64,000 nucleotides of DNA from a virus. Its lineage: Duplodnaviria > Heunggongvirae > Uroviricota > Caudoviricetes. Both the position numbers and the translations under genes were made by a program. This document shows, piece after piece, positions 7,614 through 18,173 of this stretch. Below the pieces are notes generated by a model. That model was not told where the DNA came from. It made no database searches and worked only from the letters and a program-made list of their open reading frames with translations. Each line of letters opens with the position of its first letter. The stretch's first letter is position 1. The stretch lies in the IMG/VR virus record IMGVR_UViG_3300042349_000626. One strand, 5' to 3'.

Positions 7614-7621
7614 TATAAATA
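7614..7621 (+). promoter_or_regulatory. T4-type late promoter motif TATAAATA upstream of the giant structural gene
   Basis: Exact TATAAATA 37 nt upstream of ATG 7658, immediately after the terminator. Confidence 0.5.
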
Positions 7622-7657
7622 CTCGTAAGAAGAAAGCACACATAGGTCTGGGTAATT

Positions 7658-10600
7658 ATGGCTCTTACAAGACTTGATAATCTGTATTCAAGCAAAACTG
7701 GTAAATATCTATATGTTTCTCCAGACGATTTTAATGCTACTGATGAATTAGATAATAGAGGTAATTCTCCTCTACGTCCATTCAAAACAATTCAAAGAGC
7801 CTTTATTGAAGTAGCAAGATATTCGTATCTTCCTGGTCAAGATAACGATAGATTTGACCAGTTTAGCATCATGTTGATGCCTGGCGATCACTACATTGAC
7901 AACAGACCTGGATTAATTGAAGTTGATCGTGGCGAAAAGCAACGCTATTTTGATGCCAAAGAACTTATTATTGCAAATAGACAAGAAATTATTGATAGAG
8001 CATTTGGCGAAATTGCCATCGAATATGATGAAGCTGCCTGGGGTACTGATTGGGTAGTTCCTGGCGATCCTATTAATAGCGATTTGAACAGAGGATTTGA
8101 CTCATACCGTCTGATTCAAAAAAATCGTCAAGAAATTGTTGACGGTGCTTTTGCTCAAATTGCTATTACACACCCGACTTTTACAAATCCAAATTCAGCT
8201 AAATGCCAGCGTGATATTGGATATTTTGTTGATGCAGTATCTTTGGATGTATTGCTAGGTGGTGGAAATCGTTATACACGTAAGTTTTTACAAAATTATT
8301 TTAATAATTCTGGAACTGCTTGGATCGATAATGGTCTTCAGGGAGAAGAAGCAGAATCTACTACAGCATTTAATAAAGCCAGAGATTTGATGAAGGCTGC
8401 TGTAGCGAATCAGCTAACATTTAAAGATCTGACACTCACTATTGATCCTCTTACTGGTTCGAATACAACTGTTAATTCATGTGCTAACATTCAAACTACA
8501 ATTGCCACTCTTACAGCAATTGTCACAGATGTAATTAATGATGGCAATTTAGAATATCTTCCTGAAGAGACTATCGAAACAATCGGTCTTGGTGAATCTA
8601 AGTGTAAAAGAGATATTGGTTATATTGTTGATGCTGTTGCTGCTGACCTCGCTAATGGCGGAAATGCCAATATTGTGGCTGCTGCCAAATCATATTTTAC
8701 AAAAGAAGGTCTTCCTATTTCGAATGGTCTTTTAGGAGAAGAAGCACAATCTGTTATTGCTTTTAATGCTGCTAAAGTAATGATGAAAAAAGCTGTAACC
8801 AATCAGCTTTATTCTAAAGATCTGAATATTCTTTCTGGTCCAGCTGTTTATAATTCTGGTGGTCCAGTAGTTCCAAATCTACCATCAGGTAATGTTGCCA
8901 CTTGTGTCGATGTTCAAGCAACTATTGATACTTTAATCGGTATTATAACGACTGCTATTTCTGATGGAGACATCACAAGTCTTGCTAATGTTCAAATTAC
9001 AGGAGACATTCCTGTATTTAATTACAACAGAGCACTTGAAGAGTGGCAAGACAACTCAATTCTTGATCTTAGCAATCCAGATAACGTTCTATACAAATTT
9101 AACGCTTCTACTGGTGGTGCTATCGTTCCTAGAGGTTGTTCTCTAATCGGTTATGATCTTCGTAGAACAATTGTACGTCCTCTCTATGTACCCGATCCTG
9201 CTGACGGAACACAAGAAAGAACTTCGATCTTTAATCTAACTGGTGGTTGCTATATTTGGCAGTTTACTATTAAAGATGGTGATCTTTCTGAGAATTCTCC
9301 TTTATATGACAACAACGATAAAGTAGGTAAGGTTTATTTCCAAAAGGGTAACAATACTCAATTAGCAATTCCTGAGTATTCTCACCACAAGATTACTATC
9401 ATGACTTATGCCGATCTAGATGATCTAGATCTGTATTACAATAAAGTCGCTACTGCTTTCGCTTTATTCCAACCAACAATTGATGATGGTGATTTAGAAG
9501 CATTACCACAAGAAAATAGAATTGTTGGTCCTCTTTCTGACACTAGAAGTATTGTAAATATTCGTCTTAAGCAGTCAACAAATCCATCCAGAACTACGAT
9601 TGTAGCTACTACTAAAATTGCTCATGGATATTTTGTAAACCAGTATGTTGCTATTGTAGATAACGGTCTTAATGATCTACTAAATGGTACTTTTAAAGTA
9701 ACTGCTGTTGATCAAGAAGATCCAAGAATATTTGAGTATCAAGTTGCTACTACACCAGCAATTTTAGGTCTTGATATTAATGAAAACGGATACAGCAATT
9801 CAACAACTCCATCATTAAATCTTAGCGCCAGAGCACAAGCAGAAATTGACTCCGTAGAATCTGCTTCGCCATACGTATTCAACTGCTCGATTAGATCCAC
9901 CTGGGGTCAGTGTGGTATGTGGGCGGATGGATCTAAGGCAACTGGATTCAAGTCGATGGTTGTTGCCCAGTATACGGGTGTTTCTCTACAAAGAGATGAT
10001 AGAGCGTTTATTCGCTATGATGAATTTAGTAATACTTGGAATCAGGCGTCACTTGTAGATGCTTTTGCTACAATTCCTTATCACAGCAAAGGTGATGCTT
10101 ACTGGAAAGATGACTGGAGAAACTTCCACATTCGTGCTTCAGATGATGCTTTCATTCAGTGTGTTTCGGTATTCGCTGTAGGCTTCTTTGATCACTTCTT
10201 AATGGAATCTGGTGGTGACATGTCCATCACCAACTCCAACTCCAACTTCGGTAACACTTCACTTCATGCTGTAGGATTTAAAGGATTCTCATTCAACCAG
10301 GATAAGGGTGGTTATATTACTGATATTATTCCTGTAAAGGAGATTGATGACAGTGCTTTTAACGAAGTAGAACTAAAGTACTATTCAATTGCTTTACAAG
10401 TATCAAAAGATGTAGCCAATCAAACCAAACTTTATTATGGTAGCGATGATTCCTATGATCCATTTGATAGACCATCTACATCAATTAGTGGATATAGACT
10501 AGGTGCTAAAACAGATGAAAAGATTTATCTTAAGTTAAAATCACCTGCCGGAACTACGGAAGAATACTTCTCTTCAGTTACACCAAACGGATTTAAAAAG

Positions 10601-13600
10601 TATACTGTTTCGTTAGAAACTTTAAATCCAGATGGTATTTCAATTGATAATAGAGCACAGGATGCTTCAAATATCATTGAAACTAATAAAACATTCATTC
10701 AGCAAGAAGCATACGGATATATCACACAAAAGTATCCAAATCTTCTAACAAATACTAACATCGAAATTTCTACATGTGAAAGAGACATTGGTTATTTTGT
10801 TGATGCTGTAATTCAAGATTTACGTCTTGGTGGCAATATTAACACTATTCAAGCTGCCGAAGGTTATTATATTGGCGGTCAATTAGCATACATTTCTAAT
10901 GAATTAAACGAAACAATAGAAGCTCTTGATTACGTCAAGAATCTTTGTATTTCGACGATGAGAAATTATGATTATCTCATCAGAAATTGTGTAACGACAC
11001 AGGGTTCTGCTATTGTCGATATTGGTGACACAAGTGGAATCTTGATTGGAATGAAAGTAACCCAGTATGATTACAATCTAATTAATTTTACTGATGGTAA
11101 ATTGAATCCTGGTGCTACACCAGTACAGTTAAACCCAGTTATTCCTAATAACGTATATGTTAAGAAAATTATTGATGCTAACAGAATTGAGCTAGGTAAT
11201 CTTGGCAGTAAATTAGAACAAGGTTTGTCTGTCCCAGCAAACTTAAATTCTTCTTCTGCTTATCTATACTTTGAATTACCAAAAACAACATCAATTGTAG
11301 ATAGCGATTCTAATCTTGTTGGTTCTTGGGCAGCGACTCCAGCTAAAAAAGATAATACTTTAATACAAGATACCAGCACTTGGGGTCCTACTGCTGGCAA
11401 TGGCTATCCTGAGTGTTCTGGTGTTGCTACTATTATTCAGGAGTATTTTGTAAATATATTCTTGATTCTTAATCAAGGTTTAACTCCTCTTGGCGGTAAA
11501 GAAGTTGATGCTTCCAATTTAATTCTTGCTAATAAGAATTTAATCGCTGAGGAAGCAGTTGATAGAATGCTTATTGCTAACCCAGGATTTGTAGTTCCTG
11601 GTGGCAATCAACAATGTACTGATGACGTTAAATTAATTATTGATGCTATTGCTTATAATATTAAGTACGGCGGTAATAGTAGAGTTTATGATGCTGCTAG
11701 AGTATATGTACTTCAGCCTAATTTACTTAATGGAGAAAGAACTCAGGCTGTTCAAGTTTATACTCAAGTAAGAGATCTTGCTATCCAGGCAATGAGAAAT
11801 CAGGTGATTACTATTCAAGGTGATCACAATTTAACTCAGTACATCGATAATACTGTTATTGGTGATCTTTCTGGTCAAGCTGGAGTCTATGATTCAGCTA
11901 ATGATTGTGCTGATATTGCTAGCACAATTACTACATTTAATGGTATTATTACTGGAGCTATTGGTACTGACGCTGATCCAGGTGATCTTGTTGGAATTAC
12001 CAGAACTGAACCAGAATTTAATAATGTAACTCGTGTAGAACCAGTTGTCGATACTGCTAATCTTGCTTCTAGAGCAACACTATTCACTGTTAATGTTGGT
12101 GGTGGTACTTCAAACCCACACAATTTTGAAACAGGAACTGCTGTTCGTCTTGTTCCTAAAGCAAGAGAAAGTACGAATCCAGATAAGAGAGTTATTCGTC
12201 TCCCAAGAGGATTCCAAACTAACACAGTTTATTATGTAATTGCTCCAGGAAGAAGCACTTCACCAGAAGATTATTCTGATGAAACAACATATCCAAACAC
12301 GTTTGGTCCTGATGAATCTACCAAGATCATGCTTGCTAGGACTAAAGAAAATGCTGCTGCTGGTATTTACATCTATTCGTCAGAAACAGATTCTGTAGAC
12401 GAAGAAGTAGAAATTGAACTTCAGCAGTATGTTCTTGATGAAACTTATGATCTACATCAATACCTATGTAACTTTATTACTGGTCAAACTGATGTAATTC
12501 AGACAGATGTACCACACGTTTTTGATGTCCCTTCTACATTAAATACAGTACATAAAGTTTTCTTTAGATCATTTGGTGATCCTAGTGAATCAGAATTGCC
12601 ACAAATTACTAGCGGTGGCATAACAGAGCCAATTGATACTAACACATATTACTATGCTAGATTTGTTACACCAAAAACTTTCGCTCTTTTCTATACTCCA
12701 ACTGAAGCAATTTCTGGTACTCCTAGAATCACTTTTACTGCTGGATTTGGTAAGAATTTCTATGTATTCTCGGATAAGAGAGAAAGCCCAGTAAAATTTG
12801 ATGCTACTTTAGTAAATGCTGATACTACTACTGGTCAATGGTATATTAACACCAAGAATGAAATTAGCAATCAATTTAATATTATTAGAAGAATTCAAGA
12901 ACTTGGCGATACCTTAAAAGATGCTAGAAGTAAGAACACTTTCTACAGAAGACTTAGAGATAATAGAACAGCTCAAGACAGAATTTATCGTTTAAGATAT
13001 GTAATTCCTGAGTATGCTCAAGGTGTTCGTGATCCTCTCAATGGATTTGTTCTTAAAGCAAGAACTGACGAAACAAGAAGACTTCTCCCACAAAAAATTG
13101 TTTTAGCTCCTGTTGCTGTTGGATCTCCTAATCTTGCTTATTTTGAAATTCAATTACAGCAACCAACTGGCGGAACAATCGCCCAGCAATTAGGATTACC
13201 TAAATCTCAGTTAGATCTTAATTTTGAATATGATCCATACAACATTAATCAAGTAAAAGTAATTGATAGTGATAAAACACAAAGTAAAGTATCATTTAGC
13301 ATTCAATCTGCTAGACAAGTTAATGTAAATGGAACAAATCTTATTGAGTTAACTGTATTTGATTACGGAATTACCAACGATCAGTTGAGAAATGAGAAAT
13401 TCACTACGGTCAAAATTGATGCTCCTCAAGGGGGAACTTTCCGATTTAATACATTAAACAGTGTATCAAATAATAGAATTACTTGGTCTGGTTTTTCTGC
13501 TGGTTCTGGCTACCTACAAGGTTACTTTAATGTAGATGGAACTGATGAACATTACTTAATCATCAAAAATATTGATGATAATAAGAGAATTGAGTATAAT

Positions 13601-16600
13601 TCACTTATTGATACTGTATTCACTCAACCTGTTCTTGACATTGATGGAGAACCAGTATTTGATGGTGATGGAAATGCCGTATTGATTTTTGCTTTTCTAC
13701 AAGCCAAAGAAAACAGCGTAGGAAGTGTAAACAATTCATTAAGTAAATCTGATAGAAAAGATTATCTATACAGCATTAAGGATTCTAATGTTCTTACAAT
13801 AACTCCTGGTGATATTATTGAAGATGATGACAGCACTCAATATAGAGTTATATCAGTTGAGGATGCTGGTCAAATTGAAGATTCTTTCTACATCTTTGAT
13901 ATTGATGAAATCCAAAGACGTATTCCTAATCAGCAAGCTGGTATTTACTACCTAACTTGCCTTAAAGGTAATATCTCGCCATTCCCAACTGGACCTGGAG
14001 TTGGTACTAACTTTAGAAACTTTAAGTTTAGTCAGCCAATTTCTCAACTGTATCCATTAGATTATAAGAATGATCCTCTGTGGTTCCAGGTAAGAGCAGA
14101 TGGTTCTAGAGATACTTCTATTGTAGACGTTCCTCCAACCATTTGTGCTGCTGATAACTTTGTTCATGGTTTAGTAACAACTAACGATTCTAAGAACAGT
14201 GAAACTAAAGAAGTTGTTTTAGATTTTATTAATAATCCTGCTTTAAACAGATATGATTACGTAGTTAATCCTATTGCTGCTCAAGCAGGAAATGCTACTT
14301 CTGGTTCTGAGGATAGATTAATTCCTATCTCTGGTGATTCTCCATACCCAACTGAAGGTAGACTATATGTAGAACTTCGTAGACCATCTATTGCTCGTTC
14401 TGGCAACCACACCTTCGAATATCTAGGTTTTGGTCCTGGTAACTACTCAACTGGTTTCCCACTAAGACAAGAAGTTGTTCTTTCCGATATTCAGGATTTC
14501 TATGCTCAATCTAAGAAAGAAGATGGTGGTATTGTATTCTATACTGGTCTAAACTCCAACGGTGACCTTTATATTGGTAACCGTAAAATTAATGCTATTA
14601 CTGGTGAAGAGACATATTTAGAAAGGGCTCAATTAATTTCATCCGATGATGAAACAGATGATTTGGGTGGTCTAGTTACTACGTTCGAACTCCCTGTTGT
14701 ATTTGAAAAAGATATTACTGTAGATGGCAATGCTAACTTTAATAATCCAGTAACAATTAATGTAGAACCATCTGAACCATTTGCTCTAACTGTTGTATCT
14801 AATTTAAATTCTTCCGCTGGTGAAGATGTAACATTAGATAGTGCCACGTTTGCTTTAAGTGACATTCCTTCGGAAGGTAATATTGTATTGAGTAAAAATA
14901 ATATTTACTCTGCCATATTTACTTTAAATCCACGAGGTAACACTGCTTTAAGTGGTCAAAATTACAGCATTAGAACTCATGTAAACCAAACAAACGGCAA
15001 TATTCCTTCCAATTACACTCCAAATCAAGAATTAAGCACTCTTGGATTGAATGTAACATTTGGATCTGCTTCTCCTACTCCAGGTGATATTCTTCTAAAA
15101 GGAGCCCAAGTAGACAAAACTGGATCACTTGGATGGATTTACAGTAATTTCTATGATTTAATTACATCCAATGTATTCACTGTAACTGCTTTAGGTTCAA
15201 ATATTGTTCAGTTTACACTTCAGGTAGGCGTAACAAATAGTCAAATTGGTATTACTCAAGGTTCTAAATTAAAAATTGGTGGATTTACTGGAAGATATGC
15301 TAATTTAAATGGTCTTAGAACTGTTGGCACTGTCACCACAAATACATTCCAAGTAATCTCGCCGTTTATTATTTCCACCAGTGTCGATGATCCTACTATC
15401 ATTCCAGCTGGATGGAGTATTGAAATTTCTAGAAATTCCTGGAAAGAATTTGGTGTTCTTGGAGCGGAAACTTTAAGAACAAATACACAAAATTATGGAG
15501 ATTTTAAACTTGGTATTAATACTCTTGCTAGAGCAAAACATGGCACTGACGGAGATCAATTAACTGGTTTTGTTTCTCAAGCAGTCGATCCTAGAGCTAA
15601 TCTAGATATCGTTGGTAATGCCTTTATTAGTGGCAGAACTTTAAGTACTTCTCCAAACAACTTTATTAACAATCCTCTATTATCAAATAGAACATTTAAT
15701 AAAGTTGATCATGCTTTTATTGTTGGATTTGATCCAAAAACAAATGCTCCTCAAGATGAAGTTGTTCTAAGAGTTGCTTCCACAACTATAGGAACTGCTT
15801 CAAATGCTGGTGGAAGAATTGGTATCAACACCACGTTATCTGAGTTGGATAGAAACTTTGTTGTTAAAGGTAACGCTAGAATTACTAATGATCTTAAGTT
15901 AGAATCTAATCTAGCAATTAACGGTGGATCATTAACAACTACAAGTACATCGTTTAATATTCTTGATACTATTGCCACAGATGTAAACGCTTTCAGTGTT
16001 GCTGAAGAGTTAAACATTGCTAATATTACTAATGAAAATCAATTAATCAACATTGGTAATGTATCAAACACTCAAGAATTTAACATTGGTAGATTTGTTC
16101 AAACTAGCCAGTTGTGGATTCATAGTAACTCTACTAATTCTTTAGTCGATATTGGTACTGTAAGTGAATCTAGTGCTAATACTAGTATTATTAGAATGGG
16201 TGGTGCTTTTGGAAAACTTAGTAACGTAGAAAGCTTATTTAAAATCAGGAACCGTTATACTGAAATTGATGGTAATCTATCAATCGGTACTTACAATCCA
16301 CCAGGAACAGGTTTCTCGGAATTCCAAACTAATTCTAGAGAAGTTGAAATGTTCAGCAGAAACATTTCAACACTTGATTTTGCTACATCAGTAACAAGAT
16401 TAAACATTGGTGGTGCTGGTGGTTTCACCACAATCAATAATACTCTGGTAGTGAAAAATGCTGCTGAGGTTAATGGTGATATTACATTAATTGGTGGATT
16501 GAACGCTGGAGCGTTTACGGTAAGGAGAGGTTCTTTCGGAACTCCAACTACTATACATGTAAGAGGAAATATTGATCTCCTAAACGTCGATATTTTCAAA

Positions 16601-18172
16601 AAAGTAATCATCCAAAGAACTATTGATACTCAAGGATTATCATTCTGGGGAGGAACGACATATCAAGTTGATCCATCAAATGCCGAAGAATATTTCCTAC
16701 CTATTGGGGAGCAAAGTTTCAACGAGTTTGGTATTGGTGATTATGTTTTAATTGATCGTTCTGTACAAGTTACTGGTCAAGATACTGTATCTTCTCCTGT
16801 TGGAGAGCAATATAGTGAATTAGTACAGGTTATTGAACTTACTAATCTAAACGATATTTCTGATTTACCACTTAGAGTTAAAGTAAAGCGAGCTAGAAAT
16901 GCTCTTACTGGCGAAGGTTTGATGATATCTGGTCCTAATGTTGGATCCAGCACAGGTGTTTATCGTTATCTTAGAACTGATCACCCAGATAATGCTGTTC
17001 TTGTAAAATATACTTTAGCAAATGATGTAAGTTATATTGATGAAGTAAGTGGATTGAATAATCCTGGTTCGGGAACAGTTCAAACAATTGCTACTGGTGT
17101 ATTCAGCGGATCTGTAATTCCTGGCGATATTCTGAGATTTAGTGATAGTGAATTAGCTAATGTTAATGCTATTAATCAGACAACTAATCAACTTTTCAGA
17201 ATTAATGATGGCGGCAACCCAGCGAATACTGTGTTCCAAGTTGATTCTACAACTGGTAATACAATTATAGCAGGAACTTTAGATTTAAATAAAACCTTCA
17301 CACTTATTGGATCTTCAACAACAAATCAAGATAGATTTGTAATTACTAATGGCACTTCTCAAAGATTTGCTGTTGATAGTGCTACTGGCAACACATGTAT
17401 TTTTGGAAATCTTGGTGTTGGTGGTTCGACTTGTGATAGATTTAAAGTTGATGGCGCTACATCAAATACCACTTTACGTGGTGGAAATCTATTAATTACT
17501 GACAACAATCCTGTTGATGATGGTGATGGTGGATTAGTATTTGGTCAGAAACTATTCTTACAAAATACTACAGGAAATCTGACTATTTCTGGAACGTTAA
17601 CTACTGAAGGATCTGGTACTAGCACTTTTGCTGGTGATGTTAAAATTAACGGCGGTGATTTAACAGTTAATAAGATTGTTAGTGATGGTGATGGTGGAAC
17701 ATTAGAGCAAAAATTATTTGAAATTGGCAATGATGGATCTATGGATTTTGCTGGAGTAAATGGATTCTTTACTCCATCGGGTGCTAGAAAATGGGTATAC
17801 GTTGGTGGTGGCGAAGATGTCATCGAGGGGGTTGCTAATGTGAATTATTTCCTTTCTCCTTCTGCTGACACCATCTTCAAACTTCCACAAAATCCAACGA
17901 CTGGTGATATGATTAGAGTAGTAGATGTTGGTGGAAATCTAACTTATAATATCTCATTGAGATTTAGAGCACCTTCGACTGTTCGTGTTCAGGGAGACAA
18001 TACAAACTCTGGACAAGGACCAGCTATCGGGTCTACATATAATGGTGGTGAACTTGTAGTACAATCTCCAAATGCTGCTCTCGGATTAATTTACATTGGT
18101 CCATTAAATTATGATGGTACTACTACTGGGGCTCCTCCATCACAACAAGGTTGGTGGTTAATGGAAATCTAA
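7658..18172 (+). CDS. giant virion structural protein (3504 aa) with four N-terminal ~140-aa repeats; probably fibre- or tail-associated
   Basis: Uninterrupted ORF. Repeats CQRDIGYFVDAV..GGGN, CKRDIGYIVDAV..GGNAN, CERDIGYFVDAV..GGNIN, CTDDVKLIIDAI..GGNSR. T/N/S/G-rich C-terminal half. Confidence 0.8.
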   Translation: MALTRLDNLYSSKTGKYLYVSPDDFNATDELDNRGNSPLRPFKTIQRAFIEVARYSYLPGQDNDRFDQFSIMLMPGDHYIDNRPGLIEVDRGEKQRYFDAKELIIANRQEIIDRAFGEIAIEYDEAAWGTDWVVPGDPINSDLNRGFDSYRLIQKNRQEIVDGAFAQIAITHPTFTNPNSAKCQRDIGYFVDAVSLDVLLGGGNRYTRKFLQNYFNNSGTAWIDNGLQGEEAESTTAFNKARDLMKAAVANQLTFKDLTLTIDPLTGSNTTVNSCANIQTTIATLTAIVTDVINDGNLEYLPEETIETIGLGESKCKRDIGYIVDAVAADLANGGNANIVAAAKSYFTKEGLPISNGLLGEEAQSVIAFNAAKVMMKKAVTNQLYSKDLNILSGPAVYNSGGPVVPNLPSGNVATCVDVQATIDTLIGIITTAISDGDITSLANVQITGDIPVFNYNRALEEWQDNSILDLSNPDNVLYKFNASTGGAIVPRGCSLIGYDLRRTIVRPLYVPDPADGTQERTSIFNLTGGCYIWQFTIKDGDLSENSPLYDNNDKVGKVYFQKGNNTQLAIPEYSHHKITIMTYADLDDLDLYYNKVATAFALFQPTIDDGDLEALPQENRIVGPLSDTRSIVNIRLKQSTNPSRTTIVATTKIAHGYFVNQYVAIVDNGLNDLLNGTFKVTAVDQEDPRIFEYQVATTPAILGLDINENGYSNSTTPSLNLSARAQAEIDSVESASPYVFNCSIRSTWGQCGMWADGSKATGFKSMVVAQYTGVSLQRDDRAFIRYDEFSNTWNQASLVDAFATIPYHSKGDAYWKDDWRNFHIRASDDAFIQCVSVFAVGFFDHFLMESGGDMSITNSNSNFGNTSLHAVGFKGFSFNQDKGGYITDIIPVKEIDDSAFNEVELKYYSIALQVSKDVANQTKLYYGSDDSYDPFDRPSTSISGYRLGAKTDEKIYLKLKSPAGTTEEYFSSVTPNGFKKYTVSLETLNPDGISIDNRAQDASNIIETNKTFIQQEAYGYITQKYPNLLTNTNIEISTCERDIGYFVDAVIQDLRLGGNINTIQAAEGYYIGGQLAYISNELNETIEALDYVKNLCISTMRNYDYLIRNCVTTQGSAIVDIGDTSGILIGMKVTQYDYNLINFTDGKLNPGATPVQLNPVIPNNVYVKKIIDANRIELGNLGSKLEQGLSVPANLNSSSAYLYFELPKTTSIVDSDSNLVGSWAATPAKKDNTLIQDTSTWGPTAGNGYPECSGVATIIQEYFVNIFLILNQGLTPLGGKEVDASNLILANKNLIAEEAVDRMLIANPGFVVPGGNQQCTDDVKLIIDAIAYNIKYGGNSRVYDAARVYVLQPNLLNGERTQAVQVYTQVRDLAIQAMRNQVITIQGDHNLTQYIDNTVIGDLSGQAGVYDSANDCADIASTITTFNGIITGAIGTDADPGDLVGITRTEPEFNNVTRVEPVVDTANLASRATLFTVNVGGGTSNPHNFETGTAVRLVPKARESTNPDKRVIRLPRGFQTNTVYYVIAPGRSTSPEDYSDETTYPNTFGPDESTKIMLARTKENAAAGIYIYSSETDSVDEEVEIELQQYVLDETYDLHQYLCNFITGQTDVIQTDVPHVFDVPSTLNTVHKVFFRSFGDPSESELPQITSGGITEPIDTNTYYYARFVTPKTFALFYTPTEAISGTPRITFTAGFGKNFYVFSDKRESPVKFDATLVNADTTTGQWYINTKNEISNQFNIIRRIQELGDTLKDARSKNTFYRRLRDNRTAQDRIYRLRYVIPEYAQGVRDPLNGFVLKARTDETRRLLPQKIVLAPVAVGSPNLAYFEIQLQQPTGGTIAQQLGLPKSQLDLNFEYDPYNINQVKVIDSDKTQSKVSFSIQSARQVNVNGTNLIELTVFDYGITNDQLRNEKFTTVKIDAPQGGTFRFNTLNSVSNNRITWSGFSAGSGYLQGYFNVDGTDEHYLIIKNIDDNKRIEYNSLIDTVFTQPVLDIDGEPVFDGDGNAVLIFAFLQAKENSVGSVNNSLSKSDRKDYLYSIKDSNVLTITPGDIIEDDDSTQYRVISVEDAGQIEDSFYIFDIDEIQRRIPNQQAGIYYLTCLKGNISPFPTGPGVGTNFRNFKFSQPISQLYPLDYKNDPLWFQVRADGSRDTSIVDVPPTICAADNFVHGLVTTNDSKNSETKEVVLDFINNPALNRYDYVVNPIAAQAGNATSGSEDRLIPISGDSPYPTEGRLYVELRRPSIARSGNHTFEYLGFGPGNYSTGFPLRQEVVLSDIQDFYAQSKKEDGGIVFYTGLNSNGDLYIGNRKINAITGEETYLERAQLISSDDETDDLGGLVTTFELPVVFEKDITVDGNANFNNPVTINVEPSEPFALTVVSNLNSSAGEDVTLDSATFALSDIPSEGNIVLSKNNIYSAIFTLNPRGNTALSGQNYSIRTHVNQTNGNIPSNYTPNQELSTLGLNVTFGSASPTPGDILLKGAQVDKTGSLGWIYSNFYDLITSNVFTVTALGSNIVQFTLQVGVTNSQIGITQGSKLKIGGFTGRYANLNGLRTVGTVTTNTFQVISPFIISTSVDDPTIIPAGWSIEISRNSWKEFGVLGAETLRTNTQNYGDFKLGINTLARAKHGTDGDQLTGFVSQAVDPRANLDIVGNAFISGRTLSTSPNNFINNPLLSNRTFNKVDHAFIVGFDPKTNAPQDEVVLRVASTTIGTASNAGGRIGINTTLSELDRNFVVKGNARITNDLKLESNLAINGGSLTTTSTSFNILDTIATDVNAFSVAEELNIANITNENQLINIGNVSNTQEFNIGRFVQTSQLWIHSNSTNSLVDIGTVSESSANTSIIRMGGAFGKLSNVESLFKIRNRYTEIDGNLSIGTYNPPGTGFSEFQTNSREVEMFSRNISTLDFATSVTRLNIGGAGGFTTINNTLVVKNAAEVNGDITLIGGLNAGAFTVRRGSFGTPTTIHVRGNIDLLNVDIFKKVIIQRTIDTQGLSFWGGTTYQVDPSNAEEYFLPIGEQSFNEFGIGDYVLIDRSVQVTGQDTVSSPVGEQYSELVQVIELTNLNDISDLPLRVKVKRARNALTGEGLMISGPNVGSSTGVYRYLRTDHPDNAVLVKYTLANDVSYIDEVSGLNNPGSGTVQTIATGVFSGSVIPGDILRFSDSELANVNAINQTTNQLFRINDGGNPANTVFQVDSTTGNTIIAGTLDLNKTFTLIGSSTTNQDRFVITNGTSQRFAVDSATGNTCIFGNLGVGGSTCDRFKVDGATSNTTLRGGNLLITDNNPVDDGDGGLVFGQKLFLQNTTGNLTISGTLTTEGSGTSTFAGDVKINGGDLTVNKIVSDGDGGTLEQKLFEIGNDGSMDFAGVNGFFTPSGARKWVYVGGGEDVIEGVANVNYFLSPSADTIFKLPQNPTTGDMIRVVDVGGNLTYNISLRFRAPSTVRVQGDNTNSGQGPAIGSTYNGGELVVQSPNAALGLIYIGPLNYDGTTTGAPPSQQGWWLMEI

Positions 18173-18173
18173 G

